From contig JANQNB010000018.1 of assembly GCA_028279755.1 (NCBI GenBank), forward strand, positions 302,191-366,190: a stretch of DNA of 64,000 nt, written 5' to 3'. This document shows positions 27,876 through 37,498 of the stretch, piece after piece. A model generated the notes under the pieces. The model saw only the letters and a list, made by a program, of their open reading frames with translations, searched no databases and was not told where the DNA came from. Each line of letters opens with the position of its first letter. Positions within the stretch are counted from its first letter, which is position 1. The DNA comes from Candidatus Nanoarchaeia archaeon. Its GTDB lineage: Archaea > Nanobdellota > Nanobdellia > Woesearchaeales > UBA525. The translations under genes and the position numbers were made by a program.

Positions 27876-28511
27876 GTGGTAGATCAAGGGCTGGTGCGGT
27901 ACATCCGCGAGAGGAGAGGTGAGGGCTATCATGAAGACCACATACGAAAAGCGCTCCACGAACACGGGCACGACCAATCCACAGTGGACGATGCCTTCCA
28001 TCATGTGCACCGCCAGGAGCCAGTAAAGCCCATCCTGCCCATCCTCATCATCCTGCTTATCGGCCTCGGCGTCCTGCTCTTCTTCCTCTTCCGGCCAGAT
28101 GGCACGGTCGAGCCGCTGCCAGTCATCAACGAAACGCCACAGCCAGGGCCGGCCAGTGGCAATGTCGTCGAGATCGCGGCGCAGCTGAAAGTGGACAGCG
28201 TGAACCAGACGCCTGACGAGATCTACCTCTCGACCGTGCTGGCCTCGACAGCCCACGCCGGCAGCGTTGCAGACGGCATCCTCCTGTGCAGCATCAACGA
28301 GGAACTGACATACAAGAACTACTGCCTGCAAGAGATGGCAGAGACGCGGCGCGATCCTGAATACTGCGAAGTCATCGGGAACGCAGGGCAGCGGGACGAC
28401 TGCTATCTCGGCTTGATCCTGGCTGGCGAGGACCAATACTGCGGCCAGCTCCTCCTGGAGGAAAACCAACGCGTGTGCGAGATACTGCTCGGAGAACGAT
28501 ACGATGGATAG
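27876..28511 (+). CDS. Membrane-anchored protein with short Cys-paired repeats
   Basis: One TM, then C..I.....R/K..C repeats. Confidence 0.7.
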   Translation: MVDQGLVRYIRERRGEGYHEDHIRKALHEHGHDQSTVDDAFHHVHRQEPVKPILPILIILLIGLGVLLFFLFRPDGTVEPLPVINETPQPGPASGNVVEIAAQLKVDSVNQTPDEIYLSTVLASTAHAGSVADGILLCSINEELTYKNYCLQEMAETRRDPEYCEVIGNAGQRDDCYLGLILAGEDQYCGQLLLEENQRVCEILLGERYDG

Positions 28512-30204
28512 CTTACTTGTCGACATCGGCATCATCATCGTCGTGGCCACGATCGGCGGCTATCTTGCCAAGCTGTCGAAGCAGCCATTGATCCCTGCCT
28601 ACATCCTCATGGGTGTGCTCCTCGGTCCAGTACTCGGCCTGATCCGCGACCCCGAGAACATGCTCCTCCTGAGCGAGATAGGCATCGCATTCTTGCTGTT
28701 CATCGTCGGCCTCGAACTCGACCTGCGCAAATTGCGCGACGTCGGCGATGTCGCGACCTTCGGCGGCTTCCTGCAGGTAGCGATGATGTTCGGGCTCGGC
28801 TGGGGTGCGGCAAAACTCCTGGGTTTCTGCAACCTGACAGCGATCTATCTTGGCATCATCGTCTCGTTCAGCAGCACGATGGTCGTGATCAAGATGCTCA
28901 GCGACAAGTACGAGCTTGACACGCTGCACGGCAGAATCATCATCGGCGTGCTCCTGCTCCAGGACATCGTCGCCATCCTGGCATTGAGCATGCTCCACAC
29001 CGCAGACAGCGGCGCGGTCACGAGCATCCTCCTCAACCTGCTCATCGGCGGTGCGATCATCGTCGCCAGCTTCCTCCTCGGCAAGTTCCTCTTCCCGCCC
29101 CTGTTCCGGCACGCAGCGAAAAGCCTGGAGCTGCTCTTCCTGCTCGCAGTGAGTGTGTGCTTCTTCTTCGCATTGTTATTCACGCTCTTCGGCTTCTCCA
29201 TCGCAGTCGGCGCCTTCATCGCCGGCGTCATCCTGGCGAACCTGCCGTACAACATCGAGATCATCAGCCGCGTGAAACCATTGCGCGACTTCTTCACCGT
29301 GCTCTTCTTCGCCAGCATCGGCCTCCAGCTCACCTTCACTGACATCGCTTCGACGATACCGGCGTTCATTGTCCTTCTCGTCCTCACCGTCCTTGTCAGT
29401 CCGCTCCTCACAATCGTGGTGTGCAGCCTGTTCGGCTATAAGCGCCGCACGTCATTCCTGACAGGGATGACCCTGAGTCAGATCAGCGAGTTCGCCCTCA
29501 TCGTCGCGCTCGCAGGACTCACCTTGGGCCACATCTCGCAGGGCATCTTCAGCCTCATTCTGGAGGTGACCATCATTTCGATCATCGTCAGCGCCTATCT
29601 CATCAAGTTCGAGGACAAGATCTACAGCAAGCTCGGCAAGTACTTCCTCGTGTTCGAACGCTTCAGCAAAGTCAATAAGGAACTCGAGAACATGAGCGAC
29701 GAGAGCACGCACGACGTGGTCCAGATCGGCTACGACCGCACCGGCTACAGCATCTTCCGCACTTTGAGAAAGATGCGGAAGGACTTTGTTCTCGTCGACT
29801 TCGATCCTGACGTGATCCGCCACCTGCTCGAACGGAACATCCCCTGCATCTACGGGGACATCGGCGACCCGGACGTGCTGGACAAGCTCAAGCTGCAGCA
29901 GGTCAAGCTCGTCGTCAGCACGATCCCGAACTTCCACGAGAATCTCATGCTGCTCAAGACGATGAAGAAGAAGCACAGCCACGCGCAGGTCATCGTCACA
30001 AGCTACCAGGCGGAAGACGCGCTCGCGCTCTATGAAGAAGGCGCTGATTACGTCATCGTCCCCCACTTCCTCGGCGGCGAGCATGTCAGCTACATGCTCG
30101 AGGACATCAGCACCAACCTCGACAAACTCATCACGGCAAAGCTCCAGCACATCAAGGAACTCAAAACCAGGGAAGAGCTGCGTCCGAAGAAGCGCAAGAA
30201 GTGA
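28504..30204 (+). CDS. Kef-type cation:proton antiporter (CPA2) with a TrkA-N domain
   Basis: LSEIGIAFLLFIVGLE, FSSTMVV, LLLQD, SQISEF, GYDRTG, YGD. Confidence 0.93.
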   Translation: MDSLLVDIGIIIVVATIGGYLAKLSKQPLIPAYILMGVLLGPVLGLIRDPENMLLLSEIGIAFLLFIVGLELDLRKLRDVGDVATFGGFLQVAMMFGLGWGAAKLLGFCNLTAIYLGIIVSFSSTMVVIKMLSDKYELDTLHGRIIIGVLLLQDIVAILALSMLHTADSGAVTSILLNLLIGGAIIVASFLLGKFLFPPLFRHAAKSLELLFLLAVSVCFFFALLFTLFGFSIAVGAFIAGVILANLPYNIEIISRVKPLRDFFTVLFFASIGLQLTFTDIASTIPAFIVLLVLTVLVSPLLTIVVCSLFGYKRRTSFLTGMTLSQISEFALIVALAGLTLGHISQGIFSLILEVTIISIIVSAYLIKFEDKIYSKLGKYFLVFERFSKVNKELENMSDESTHDVVQIGYDRTGYSIFRTLRKMRKDFVLVDFDPDVIRHLLERNIPCIYGDIGDPDVLDKLKLQQVKLVVSTIPNFHENLMLLKTMKKKHSHAQVIVTSYQAEDALALYEEGADYVIVPHFLGGEHVSYMLEDISTNLDKLITAKLQHIKELKTREELRPKKRKK

Positions 30205-31143
30205 TCAGTGTCCGTTCAAGAGAAGATCTTCTGTCACGTCATCGTCAGCGTCTATCGCTAATCCTGCGAGGTCGGTGAACAGCCAACGTACATGTTCGCC
30301 GCGAGCCTGCGCTTCATTCCTCAAGAACACCTTCTCAAAGGCTCTTTCTGTGAATGGCACGTCAATCTTCTTCGTCAGGATGAAGGCGGCATACGCAAGC
30401 ACACCTCTTGTCGCGAGGTTCGGCACAAAGCTTGCTTGTTCATCTGCACTGAAAAACTCACCCATGAGGCTAGCGAACTGACGAACGCGATCGAAACGCC
30501 GCTTCTCGTCAAGTCTATACATGTCAGCCTCGAGGAAACTTGTTGTTGCGTCTCCACGGAATGCGTAGATCAGGTTCGCGAAGGCAGCGGCAGCGTTCAG
30601 ACGGATGCTGTGCGGTCGAGTGAAGATGATATGTCCGTTCGAGTACTTGCTTTCTGTGCCGTCAGGCATCTTGAATGTGTACGATCGCTTCTTGAAACGA
30701 GGATCAATAACGTCGCGATTGACAGTCGTGAATGTCATTGCAGCAGTTTCCAGCTGCTCATACGCCTCGAGCACTGCCTTCAGCTCTTCCACGCTCGGAT
30801 TGATATCGCACAGCATGATCGCTGCGCTCTTTCCAGGGGCCAAGCCGCTCGCGATCACCTGCTCCAGCCCTGCGACCATATTCCTGCCAAGCGGAGAATA
30901 TTGCGGTGTAACGACGTGATAGGCATCCTCAAAATCAAGGACCAAGTTGTTCAGTGCGGCCTCACCTACGACATATACCGGACCAAAGCCTGCTGCTTGC
31001 GCCTTTGGTATGAGATGCGGGAGGAAATCCCTGCCTTTGAGTTCATGACCAATGTGATGCGCTCCTGGCAGCAAGTCGCGTTCCCTGTCGCGGTAGTTTG
31101 CATCCTTGTCCCTGCCTGCTGAGAAGATTATTGGTATACTCAT
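30205..31143 (-). CDS. Putative MobA-like NTP-transferase-fold protein
   Basis: IIFSAG, MLCDI, C-terminal IDADD; atypical codon usage. Confidence 0.55.
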   Translation of the reverse strand: MSIPIIFSAGRDKDANYRDRERDLLPGAHHIGHELKGRDFLPHLIPKAQAAGFGPVYVVGEAALNNLVLDFEDAYHVVTPQYSPLGRNMVAGLEQVIASGLAPGKSAAIMLCDINPSVEELKAVLEAYEQLETAAMTFTTVNRDVIDPRFKKRSYTFKMPDGTESKYSNGHIIFTRPHSIRLNAAAAFANLIYAFRGDATTSFLEADMYRLDEKRRFDRVRQFASLMGEFFSADEQASFVPNLATRGVLAYAAFILTKKIDVPFTERAFEKVFLRNEAQARGEHVRWLFTDLAGLAIDADDDVTEDLLLNGH

Positions 31144-31262
31144 ATCTGACGAGAAACGCGATGTGATTTATAAGCATTCTCAGTAATTGACTACTGTGCA
31201 ATGGTGTTTAGTGATGATTTCTCCACAGCTTTATAAAGGCCTGGGCTTCTCTGCAGTCCATC

Positions 31263-31535
31263 ATGCAATCCCGTTCCACACGCACAAGACGGCTTAGGCT
31301 GGAAGCCAAGGCCCTGCAACCAGTGCTCAGCATCGGCAAGAATGGCATTACACAAGGCATTATCGCACAGCTCGCCGACGAGCTCGAGCGCAAGCAACTC
31401 GTGAAGATCAGGTTCCTGCGCAGCTTTCTCGAGGGCAGGGATAAGAAAGAAGCTGCTGCAGAGCTCGCCAGCTTCACGAAAAGCCAGGTTGTAGAGCTTG
31501 TCGGCCATGTCCTCGTGCTCTATCGAGCAGGCTGA
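31263..31535 (+). CDS. yhbY: YhbY/CRM RNA-binding protein
   Basis: LQPVLSIGKNGIT, LVKIRF, VGHVLVLYR. Confidence 0.9.
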   Translation: MQSRSTRTRRLRLEAKALQPVLSIGKNGITQGIIAQLADELERKQLVKIRFLRSFLEGRDKKEAAAELASFTKSQVVELVGHVLVLYRAG

Positions 31536-31571
31536 GTGGTACTGTGGCAGTATCGCTGCGGCTATTTGTTC

Positions 31572-31684
31572 TGCAGCACTGCGGCTTCTTACTCGCGCTT
31601 CGCGCGAGCACGTTCGAGCACGAGCGGAGCCTCATGACCTGCGGTCATCGCTCGTGCTCGGAGTTGTGCCAAGGCAGTGCTGCA
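31572..31684. repeat. AAG-bulge hairpin, copy 3, with branched internal hairpins
   Basis: TGCAGCACTGC-GGC-TTCTTAC...GCC-AAG-GCAGTGCTGCA; internal stems CTCGCGC/GCGCGAG and CGAGCACGAGCG/CGCTCGTGCTCG. Confidence 0.78.
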
Positions 31685-31765
31685 CCCAGACAGGCGCTCC
31701 TGAAGAAACATTTATAAAGGATTCTTCCTGGGATCATCCTTGAAGGAGATGGCAGTCTCTTTCCG

Positions 31766-33442
31766 GTGACAGCGATGGGAGCATACATAGAAGCGGAGAG
31801 CAAGGTCCAGAAGAGCATGTTCGGCTTGTGGGGCAAGCTCCTGTGCAAATACGGCTTTATTCTCAAAGAGGATGCGAAAGGCAATAAGCTCAGATCGAAC
31901 TATAAATGGGACTTTGGCCAGCAGATATGGGTGCCCAAGGATCCGAAAGGCGACTACGACCCTGAGCACGCGATGATGGAATATGCAGAAGAAGTATTGC
32001 TCTCAGGCCCGTACCAAACGCTGACCGGCGACTACGTACCGACCGGGTATCCTGTCCCACTCAAACGCTACCGGATCGTCTACGAGACCATGAACCTCTC
32101 GATCGAATCCATCTACTTCTGGATCATCGACCATTTCCGCTACGACCAAGGCTTCTCGCGCGCGCACAAGATCAAGGACGTGTTCACCGCGACAGAGAAC
32201 AGCGCGTTCTTCGGCACGAGCCAGCAACGCCTGGGCATCCAGCAGGACCGGGCGCAGCAATACCTGGCGACGATCGGCAAGATGGTGAAAGACCTGTTCC
32301 AGCTCGTAAGAGAGCTGCGCATCATCGACGAGAAACTCCACCCGCGTGGCGATTGGAAAACCAGCAAGACCGCAGACGTCACGCTCAAAGGCGAATACGT
32401 CGACCTCGTGGAGAACCGTGGCGGCCAGACAAGTCCTGCGAGCGTCTACGGCCTTGCGCAACAGCTCGGCTACGCCACACTGCCGGACCTCTTCTTCAAC
32501 ACCCACATCACCGACCTGAAGAAGGTCGACTCAGAGATCGACAAGCTCGACTTCAACACCACGCTGAAGAACGTGCTCAAGAGAAAGATCTACCAATTCA
32601 TCAACTGGAAGCTCAAGACAGACCACGAACTTGATTCACGACGCACGTTCACCCTCAAATACCTGCGCCAGCACTGGGACGTCATCGAGATGTACATGAG
32701 CTGGGTCAAGCCCTACCTGCGCCACGTCGCACGGCTGCAGATGAACGACGAGCGCCTGGACAGCATCGAGATGATCAGCGCATTCGAACAGAGCTATGTC
32801 GAAACTGAGGTCCTGTTCGCAAAACCGGATGTCCGCTCCCCATCGAAACGCAAGACCATGGAAGTCTGCCTGATCACCATGAACTTCCGCACGAGGCCGC
32901 AGATGAACTATGTCCAGGACGGCTACCAGAAAGGACCGATCCACGTCGGGCAGGCTGACATCTACTGGCGCGCCTACATGTGGAAACAGCATCACATCGA
33001 CGCGTACATCCGTTACCGGAAAGCCGAAGACCTGTACATGCTCGGCGTCGTCGACAAGAGCGTCAAGGCGGCGATGGAAGCCCTCGGCGAGGAACTCGAG
33101 AAATACCTTGCAGAAGCAGGCGAGCCGAAATACAAGGACAAGGTCGAGGAACAGAAGAAGCGCGAAGAAGAAGCGAAGAAGAAACAGAAAGGGCCAGGCC
33201 TGTTCAGCGGACTCTTCGAACCGTTCACCGCGCTCGGCTCGGGCATCGGCGAAGCCGTGGGTCTGAGCGGCGGCGGAGCATCGTTCGCCCTGAAGTCCGG
33301 CAAGAAGAAAAGCCCGCCGGGCTTCCCCAAAAGCCTGGGCGAGGACGGCAAGCTGAACAAGGCAAGCGGGAATCTCAACAAGCAGATGTATCAGGGAATG
33401 AAGAACTTCAAGAAAGGCTACGGCATGATCAGCTGGGGCTAG
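31766..33442 (+). CDS. Uncharacterised helical protein
   Basis: 558-aa ORF with host-like codon usage; first gene of a 3-gene operon. Confidence 0.85.
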   Translation: MTAMGAYIEAESKVQKSMFGLWGKLLCKYGFILKEDAKGNKLRSNYKWDFGQQIWVPKDPKGDYDPEHAMMEYAEEVLLSGPYQTLTGDYVPTGYPVPLKRYRIVYETMNLSIESIYFWIIDHFRYDQGFSRAHKIKDVFTATENSAFFGTSQQRLGIQQDRAQQYLATIGKMVKDLFQLVRELRIIDEKLHPRGDWKTSKTADVTLKGEYVDLVENRGGQTSPASVYGLAQQLGYATLPDLFFNTHITDLKKVDSEIDKLDFNTTLKNVLKRKIYQFINWKLKTDHELDSRRTFTLKYLRQHWDVIEMYMSWVKPYLRHVARLQMNDERLDSIEMISAFEQSYVETEVLFAKPDVRSPSKRKTMEVCLITMNFRTRPQMNYVQDGYQKGPIHVGQADIYWRAYMWKQHHIDAYIRYRKAEDLYMLGVVDKSVKAAMEALGEELEKYLAEAGEPKYKDKVEEQKKREEEAKKKQKGPGLFSGLFEPFTALGSGIGEAVGLSGGGASFALKSGKKKSPPGFPKSLGEDGKLNKASGNLNKQMYQGMKNFKKGYGMISWG

Positions 33443-33454
33443 TTTTTCTGGACA

Positions 33455-34102
33455 ATGGCGGATCTCAGTGGAGGTATCGATAAGCTCCCGCCCCGGGAGC
33501 GGCTCAAGCGCGTGCGCGAGATGGAAGCAGAAAAGCGCAAGCTGCTCGAGGAGGAAGTCCTCAAGAAGAAGAAAGAGCTCGAGCAGCTCGAGAAAGAGAC
33601 CAAGGAAGATATCCAGGAAGCAGAAGCCCTCGAAGAGGAAACCCTGAAAGAGATCACCCGGGAAAGCGCAGAAGAAGAACTGGAAGAACGGCTCAAGCAT
33701 TTCCGCAAAAGCCAAAACTTTGTCCCCGAGGGCGGGGTCGAAGCTGCAGAACCGGCAGGCTTCGGCCAGGTCGCCGAGCCTGGCGTCATGTATCAGAGCG
33801 AAGCGTTGCAGCGCGCGCAGGAGAACATCGACTACCTACTCCACGGCACGCCCAGCAGCGAGCGACGACAGGAAGTCGAGCGCGAACTGTACAGCAATAT
33901 CCGCGATGCAGCCGATACCTTCCAGCCGGAAGAAAGCTACGCCTTCAACAAGATCCAGGACGAGATGCACGAACTCAAGATGCGCGGGAGCGCGCAACGG
34001 CAAGATCAGATCGAGCACGCATACATGCAACGCATCGATAACGTTTTAAACAGCATTATCGACTACAAACAACAGGACGAAGAGAAGCGAAAGCGTGGAT
34101 AA
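33455..34102 (+). CDS. Coiled-coil hypothetical protein
   Basis: E/K-rich heptads. Confidence 0.8.
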   Translation: MADLSGGIDKLPPRERLKRVREMEAEKRKLLEEEVLKKKKELEQLEKETKEDIQEAEALEEETLKEITRESAEEELEERLKHFRKSQNFVPEGGVEAAEPAGFGQVAEPGVMYQSEALQRAQENIDYLLHGTPSSERRQEVERELYSNIRDAADTFQPEESYAFNKIQDEMHELKMRGSAQRQDQIEHAYMQRIDNVLNSIIDYKQQDEEKRKRG

Positions 34103-34104
34103 CA

Positions 34105-36135
34105 ATGGTCGTCTTCAACAATCCAGGGTATTATCACGCGCTCGACCGCACCTTCTCAGCTGAAGAATACGGGCCAGAGCTGCCGCACGAGCTCGAGGAC
34201 GGCACGACCTGGCAGACAGAGCTGGGCCCCAAAGACATCGGTACCAGCGCGAACCCGATGCAGAACCAGGTGCAAGCCTTGCAGGCGAAGATTCGCGAAG
34301 GTGCGTCCCGGGTCGAGCTCGAGTTCCCGGGAGCGGGCAAGGGCTCGAGCCAAGCGCCGACGCCGGAAAGCTACGGCTTCAAGGAACGGCAGGACATCAG
34401 GGAACTGGCGAAAGCGACCGGCATCAAGACCAGCACGCACGCGACGTTCAACAAGATGGGCTTCTCAGGCTTTGACCCGCAACGGGGTTTCAACGACGAA
34501 GCACGCTACCAGAATCTCAAAGAATTGCGAAAAGCGATCGAGTTCGCAGCAGAAGCGACGACAGGCGGCGCAGTCGTCTTCCACACCGGCGAATTCCAAC
34601 GACCGATCAGCGACTTCTGGGGGAACGGCACGCAGGGCCCGCAACCAGCAGACGCGAAATTCCACGGCTATGAAGAGGAAGAGAAACGCGCAACCCACTA
34701 CATGGTCGACGACCGCACCGGAGAGTTCGTCAGCGCGATCAGGAAAGACAAACGATTGTACCGTCCGAAATACATGCGTGCCCAAGACCTGTGTCCGGAC
34801 AAGGTCGGCGAATACGACAAGCGCAAGGGCGCGACGCTCGACGCGAGCGACTACGTGGACATGAACCATGAATGGATCGATGAGCGCGACAAGACACGGC
34901 TGTTCGAACGCGTCCCGGAATGGAACAAGGACCAGACAAAATTCGAGACCGAAGAGTACGACTGGGATCGCATCGTCCAGGAGACGAACCGGTACAACGG
35001 CGAGCACGGCACCAACCTGCGACCAGAGCAGATGTTCGTCCAGATCGAGACCGAAAACCAGATCCTGCAGGCCAAAGGCCATTCATTGTTCTACGCCCAC
35101 CGCTACAACGACCTCGACTTCCAGGAGAAGCAGATCAAGGAAGCGCTCCATTTCTACCGGGGCATTGACAAGAACCTGCCAGCCGAGGAGAAATGGAAAC
35201 TCATGACCCAGCGCGGCCTGCTCTATGGACGCGCAGCCCAGTACACTGGTTCTGAAGACGAAAGCATCCCTGACCTCTTAGCCCGTGAACTGAAAGACAT
35301 CCAGGACCAGATGCGCCACACACACGAGGCCAGCTCTGCTGCAGACGCGCAGGCGCGCGAACGGGAAGAGCTGCTCGACCATATGAAGCCAGTGCACGAA
35401 TACGGCGTCAAGCAATCGACAGAAGGCTTGGGTCGTGCAGGCTTGTATGCGTATGAGCAGACCCAGAAGAACAAAAACAAGCTCGAGGATCCGGTGTATG
35501 TCGCGCCCGAAAATTGGCAGGCCCAGATGTACGGCGGCCACCCGGACGAGCTGATCGAACTCGTCCAAAAGGGCAGGAAGGAGATGGTGCACGAGCTGCA
35601 GGACAAGTACGGGAAATCGGAAGGAGAAGCGAAAAAGCTCGCAGCCCAGCACATCAAGAGCACGATCGACATCGGCCACCTCAACCTCTGGCGACAGCAT
35701 TTCGTGGCGAAGAAAGGCGAGAGCGAGGAATCCAGAAGCAAGCGCTTCAACGAGTGGGCCATCGCCAAGACCAAGGACATGATCAAGGCAGGCGTGGTCG
35801 GTCACGTCCACATCGCTGACAATCTCGGCTGGGACGACGAGCATCTCACGCCTGGTGAGGGTAACGCCCCGATCCGCGAGTTCGTGAAAGAGCTCGAGAA
35901 AGCGGGCTATAAGGACTTCATCGTCGAGCCTGGCAGCTTCAACCCCATGCGCGCGCTGCCTGACTCGTGGAAATATTTCGGCAGCCCGATATACTCCGCA
36001 GGCACCCCGCAGTTCCGGCCTGCAGGCGAGTTCCGCGAAGCCCATTTCGGTTACGCAGGCCCCTCGCTCTACGTCGTCGGCGCATACTCGCCCAGCAACG
36101 ACTGGAAATTGTGGTCAGAAGTGCCAATGGAGTAA
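34105..36135 (+). CDS. Xylose isomerase/EndoIV-like TIM-barrel metalloenzyme with a large insertion
   Basis: STHA, VFHTGE, APEN, TIDIGHLN, HVHIADNLGWDDEHLTPGEGN, IVE. Confidence 0.85.
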   Translation: MVVFNNPGYYHALDRTFSAEEYGPELPHELEDGTTWQTELGPKDIGTSANPMQNQVQALQAKIREGASRVELEFPGAGKGSSQAPTPESYGFKERQDIRELAKATGIKTSTHATFNKMGFSGFDPQRGFNDEARYQNLKELRKAIEFAAEATTGGAVVFHTGEFQRPISDFWGNGTQGPQPADAKFHGYEEEEKRATHYMVDDRTGEFVSAIRKDKRLYRPKYMRAQDLCPDKVGEYDKRKGATLDASDYVDMNHEWIDERDKTRLFERVPEWNKDQTKFETEEYDWDRIVQETNRYNGEHGTNLRPEQMFVQIETENQILQAKGHSLFYAHRYNDLDFQEKQIKEALHFYRGIDKNLPAEEKWKLMTQRGLLYGRAAQYTGSEDESIPDLLARELKDIQDQMRHTHEASSAADAQAREREELLDHMKPVHEYGVKQSTEGLGRAGLYAYEQTQKNKNKLEDPVYVAPENWQAQMYGGHPDELIELVQKGRKEMVHELQDKYGKSEGEAKKLAAQHIKSTIDIGHLNLWRQHFVAKKGESEESRSKRFNEWAIAKTKDMIKAGVVGHVHIADNLGWDDEHLTPGEGNAPIREFVKELEKAGYKDFIVEPGSFNPMRALPDSWKYFGSPIYSAGTPQFRPAGEFREAHFGYAGPSLYVVGAYSPSNDWKLWSEVPME

Positions 36136-36145
36136 CGCAGAAGGA

Positions 36146-36949
36146 TCATGTTTTCTTCTCGACGATTTTGCGCATCGTGGTGATGTAATCGTCGGCAAGC
36201 GCGAGGTAGTGGTCGAACTCCTGCCCTGACATCTCCTTGCGCTCGCGGTGGATGATGCTCTTGCTCAGCTTGAAGAACTCGCGGCACACGCCTGGATACT
36301 TCTTGTCGACCAGGCCGGCCTTGACCAGCTTCTCCTCGATCAGGTCTGGCACGTGATCAGGACTGGGAGGAACCTCGCCCAGCTTCATCAGCGCGGCATG
36401 GCTCGCATCGATCACCGCCCAGTAAAGATCCACGGCTGCCTGGAGCACGTGCCACTTGGCATTCTGCATGGTTGTCGGCGCGCGGCTGTAATAGGTCCAG
36501 ATGCTCTCGATGCTCGGCCTGACGCGTCCAGTGAAGAGCAGCCTTTGGAGCGGGAGGAAGAAGCCGGTGTCGTACAGCGGCACGCCATCGCGGAGCATGT
36601 TGATGCCGACCGGGTCGCCTGCGCGTATGTATTCCCAGAAGGTCGTGTAGCGCAAGGTCGTGATGTGGAGCTTGGTGCTCACCTCACCCACGATCTTCTT
36701 GACGATCACGCGATAGCCCTGCACCAGCTCGCGTGTCACCTGCAGGTCGAGATCGTCGATCAGGACGAGCACGTCAACGTCGCCGCTCTTCTGACGTCGG
36801 CGCGCCACGCTGCCGAAGAGGATGACGCCCTTGATGAAGCCTCTGACTTCCTTGAGCAGGCGCTTCGAGAACGCATAGGCGAGGTCCTTTGCCTCATCAG
36901 AGTATTTCTTCTCGTTTTCTGGGGGCTGTTTTGCCACCTTGAACTCCAA
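36146..36949 (-). CDS. Minimal nucleotidyltransferase-HEPN fusion protein
   Basis: LFGSVAR...GDVDVLVLIDD; HEPN-like LYWAVIDASHAAL...KSIIH. Confidence 0.85.
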   Translation of the reverse strand: MEFKVAKQPPENEKKYSDEAKDLAYAFSKRLLKEVRGFIKGVILFGSVARRRQKSGDVDVLVLIDDLDLQVTRELVQGYRVIVKKIVGEVSTKLHITTLRYTTFWEYIRAGDPVGINMLRDGVPLYDTGFFLPLQRLLFTGRVRPSIESIWTYYSRAPTTMQNAKWHVLQAAVDLYWAVIDASHAALMKLGEVPPSPDHVPDLIEEKLVKAGLVDKKYPGVCREFFKLSKSIIHRERKEMSGQEFDHYLALADDYITTMRKIVEKKT

Positions 36950-37024
36950 GAGCCCACCTCCCTTTCCAGAACAACGGGCAGAGGCGATTTATAAACATTT
37001 CGCCGAGAAGGACGTACCAGCAGC

Positions 37025-37495
37025 TCATTCCTTCACTGTCGTGTAGAGCACGCCGGTGAGCCAGTGCGGGTTGCCGCTGCCAAAGCGTTCGAACTCGATC
37101 CTGATGATGAACTGCTGCTTCTCGCCGGCAAAGACCGGCACGCTGGCGTCCATGTGGACGGTGTATGACTGATCAGCACCGGGTGTGAGCTGCGCTGCTC
37201 CTCCGATCGGGGCCAGGGAGCCAACTTCCTCGCCAGTGTCCAGGCGGATCGTCGCGTTCGTGATCTCGATCGACTTGCCGAAATTGTTGCGCAGCAAGAG
37301 GTTGACATTGTCGTCGCTCATGTCGACCTCGTAATCGACGCATTCGAGCTGGTTGCCGAAATCGCACTTGTCTGGCACCCACCGGCTCGGGTTGAGCACG
37401 CCGAAGTAGGCAAGCGCGCCGATGGCGATGAGGATGACGAGAAAGGCCCAGCCATAGGTGATAAGATATTCCATGGATGCCTGTCCGCGACGCAT
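37025..37495 (-). CDS. Type IV pilin
   Basis: Class III signal RRG|QASMEYLITYGWA. Confidence 0.9.
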   Translation of the reverse strand: MRRGQASMEYLITYGWAFLVILIAIGALAYFGVLNPSRWVPDKCDFGNQLECVDYEVDMSDDNVNLLLRNNFGKSIEITNATIRLDTGEEVGSLAPIGGAAQLTPGADQSYTVHMDASVPVFAGEKQQFIIRIEFERFGSGNPHWLTGVLYTTVKE

Positions 37496-37498
37496 AGT

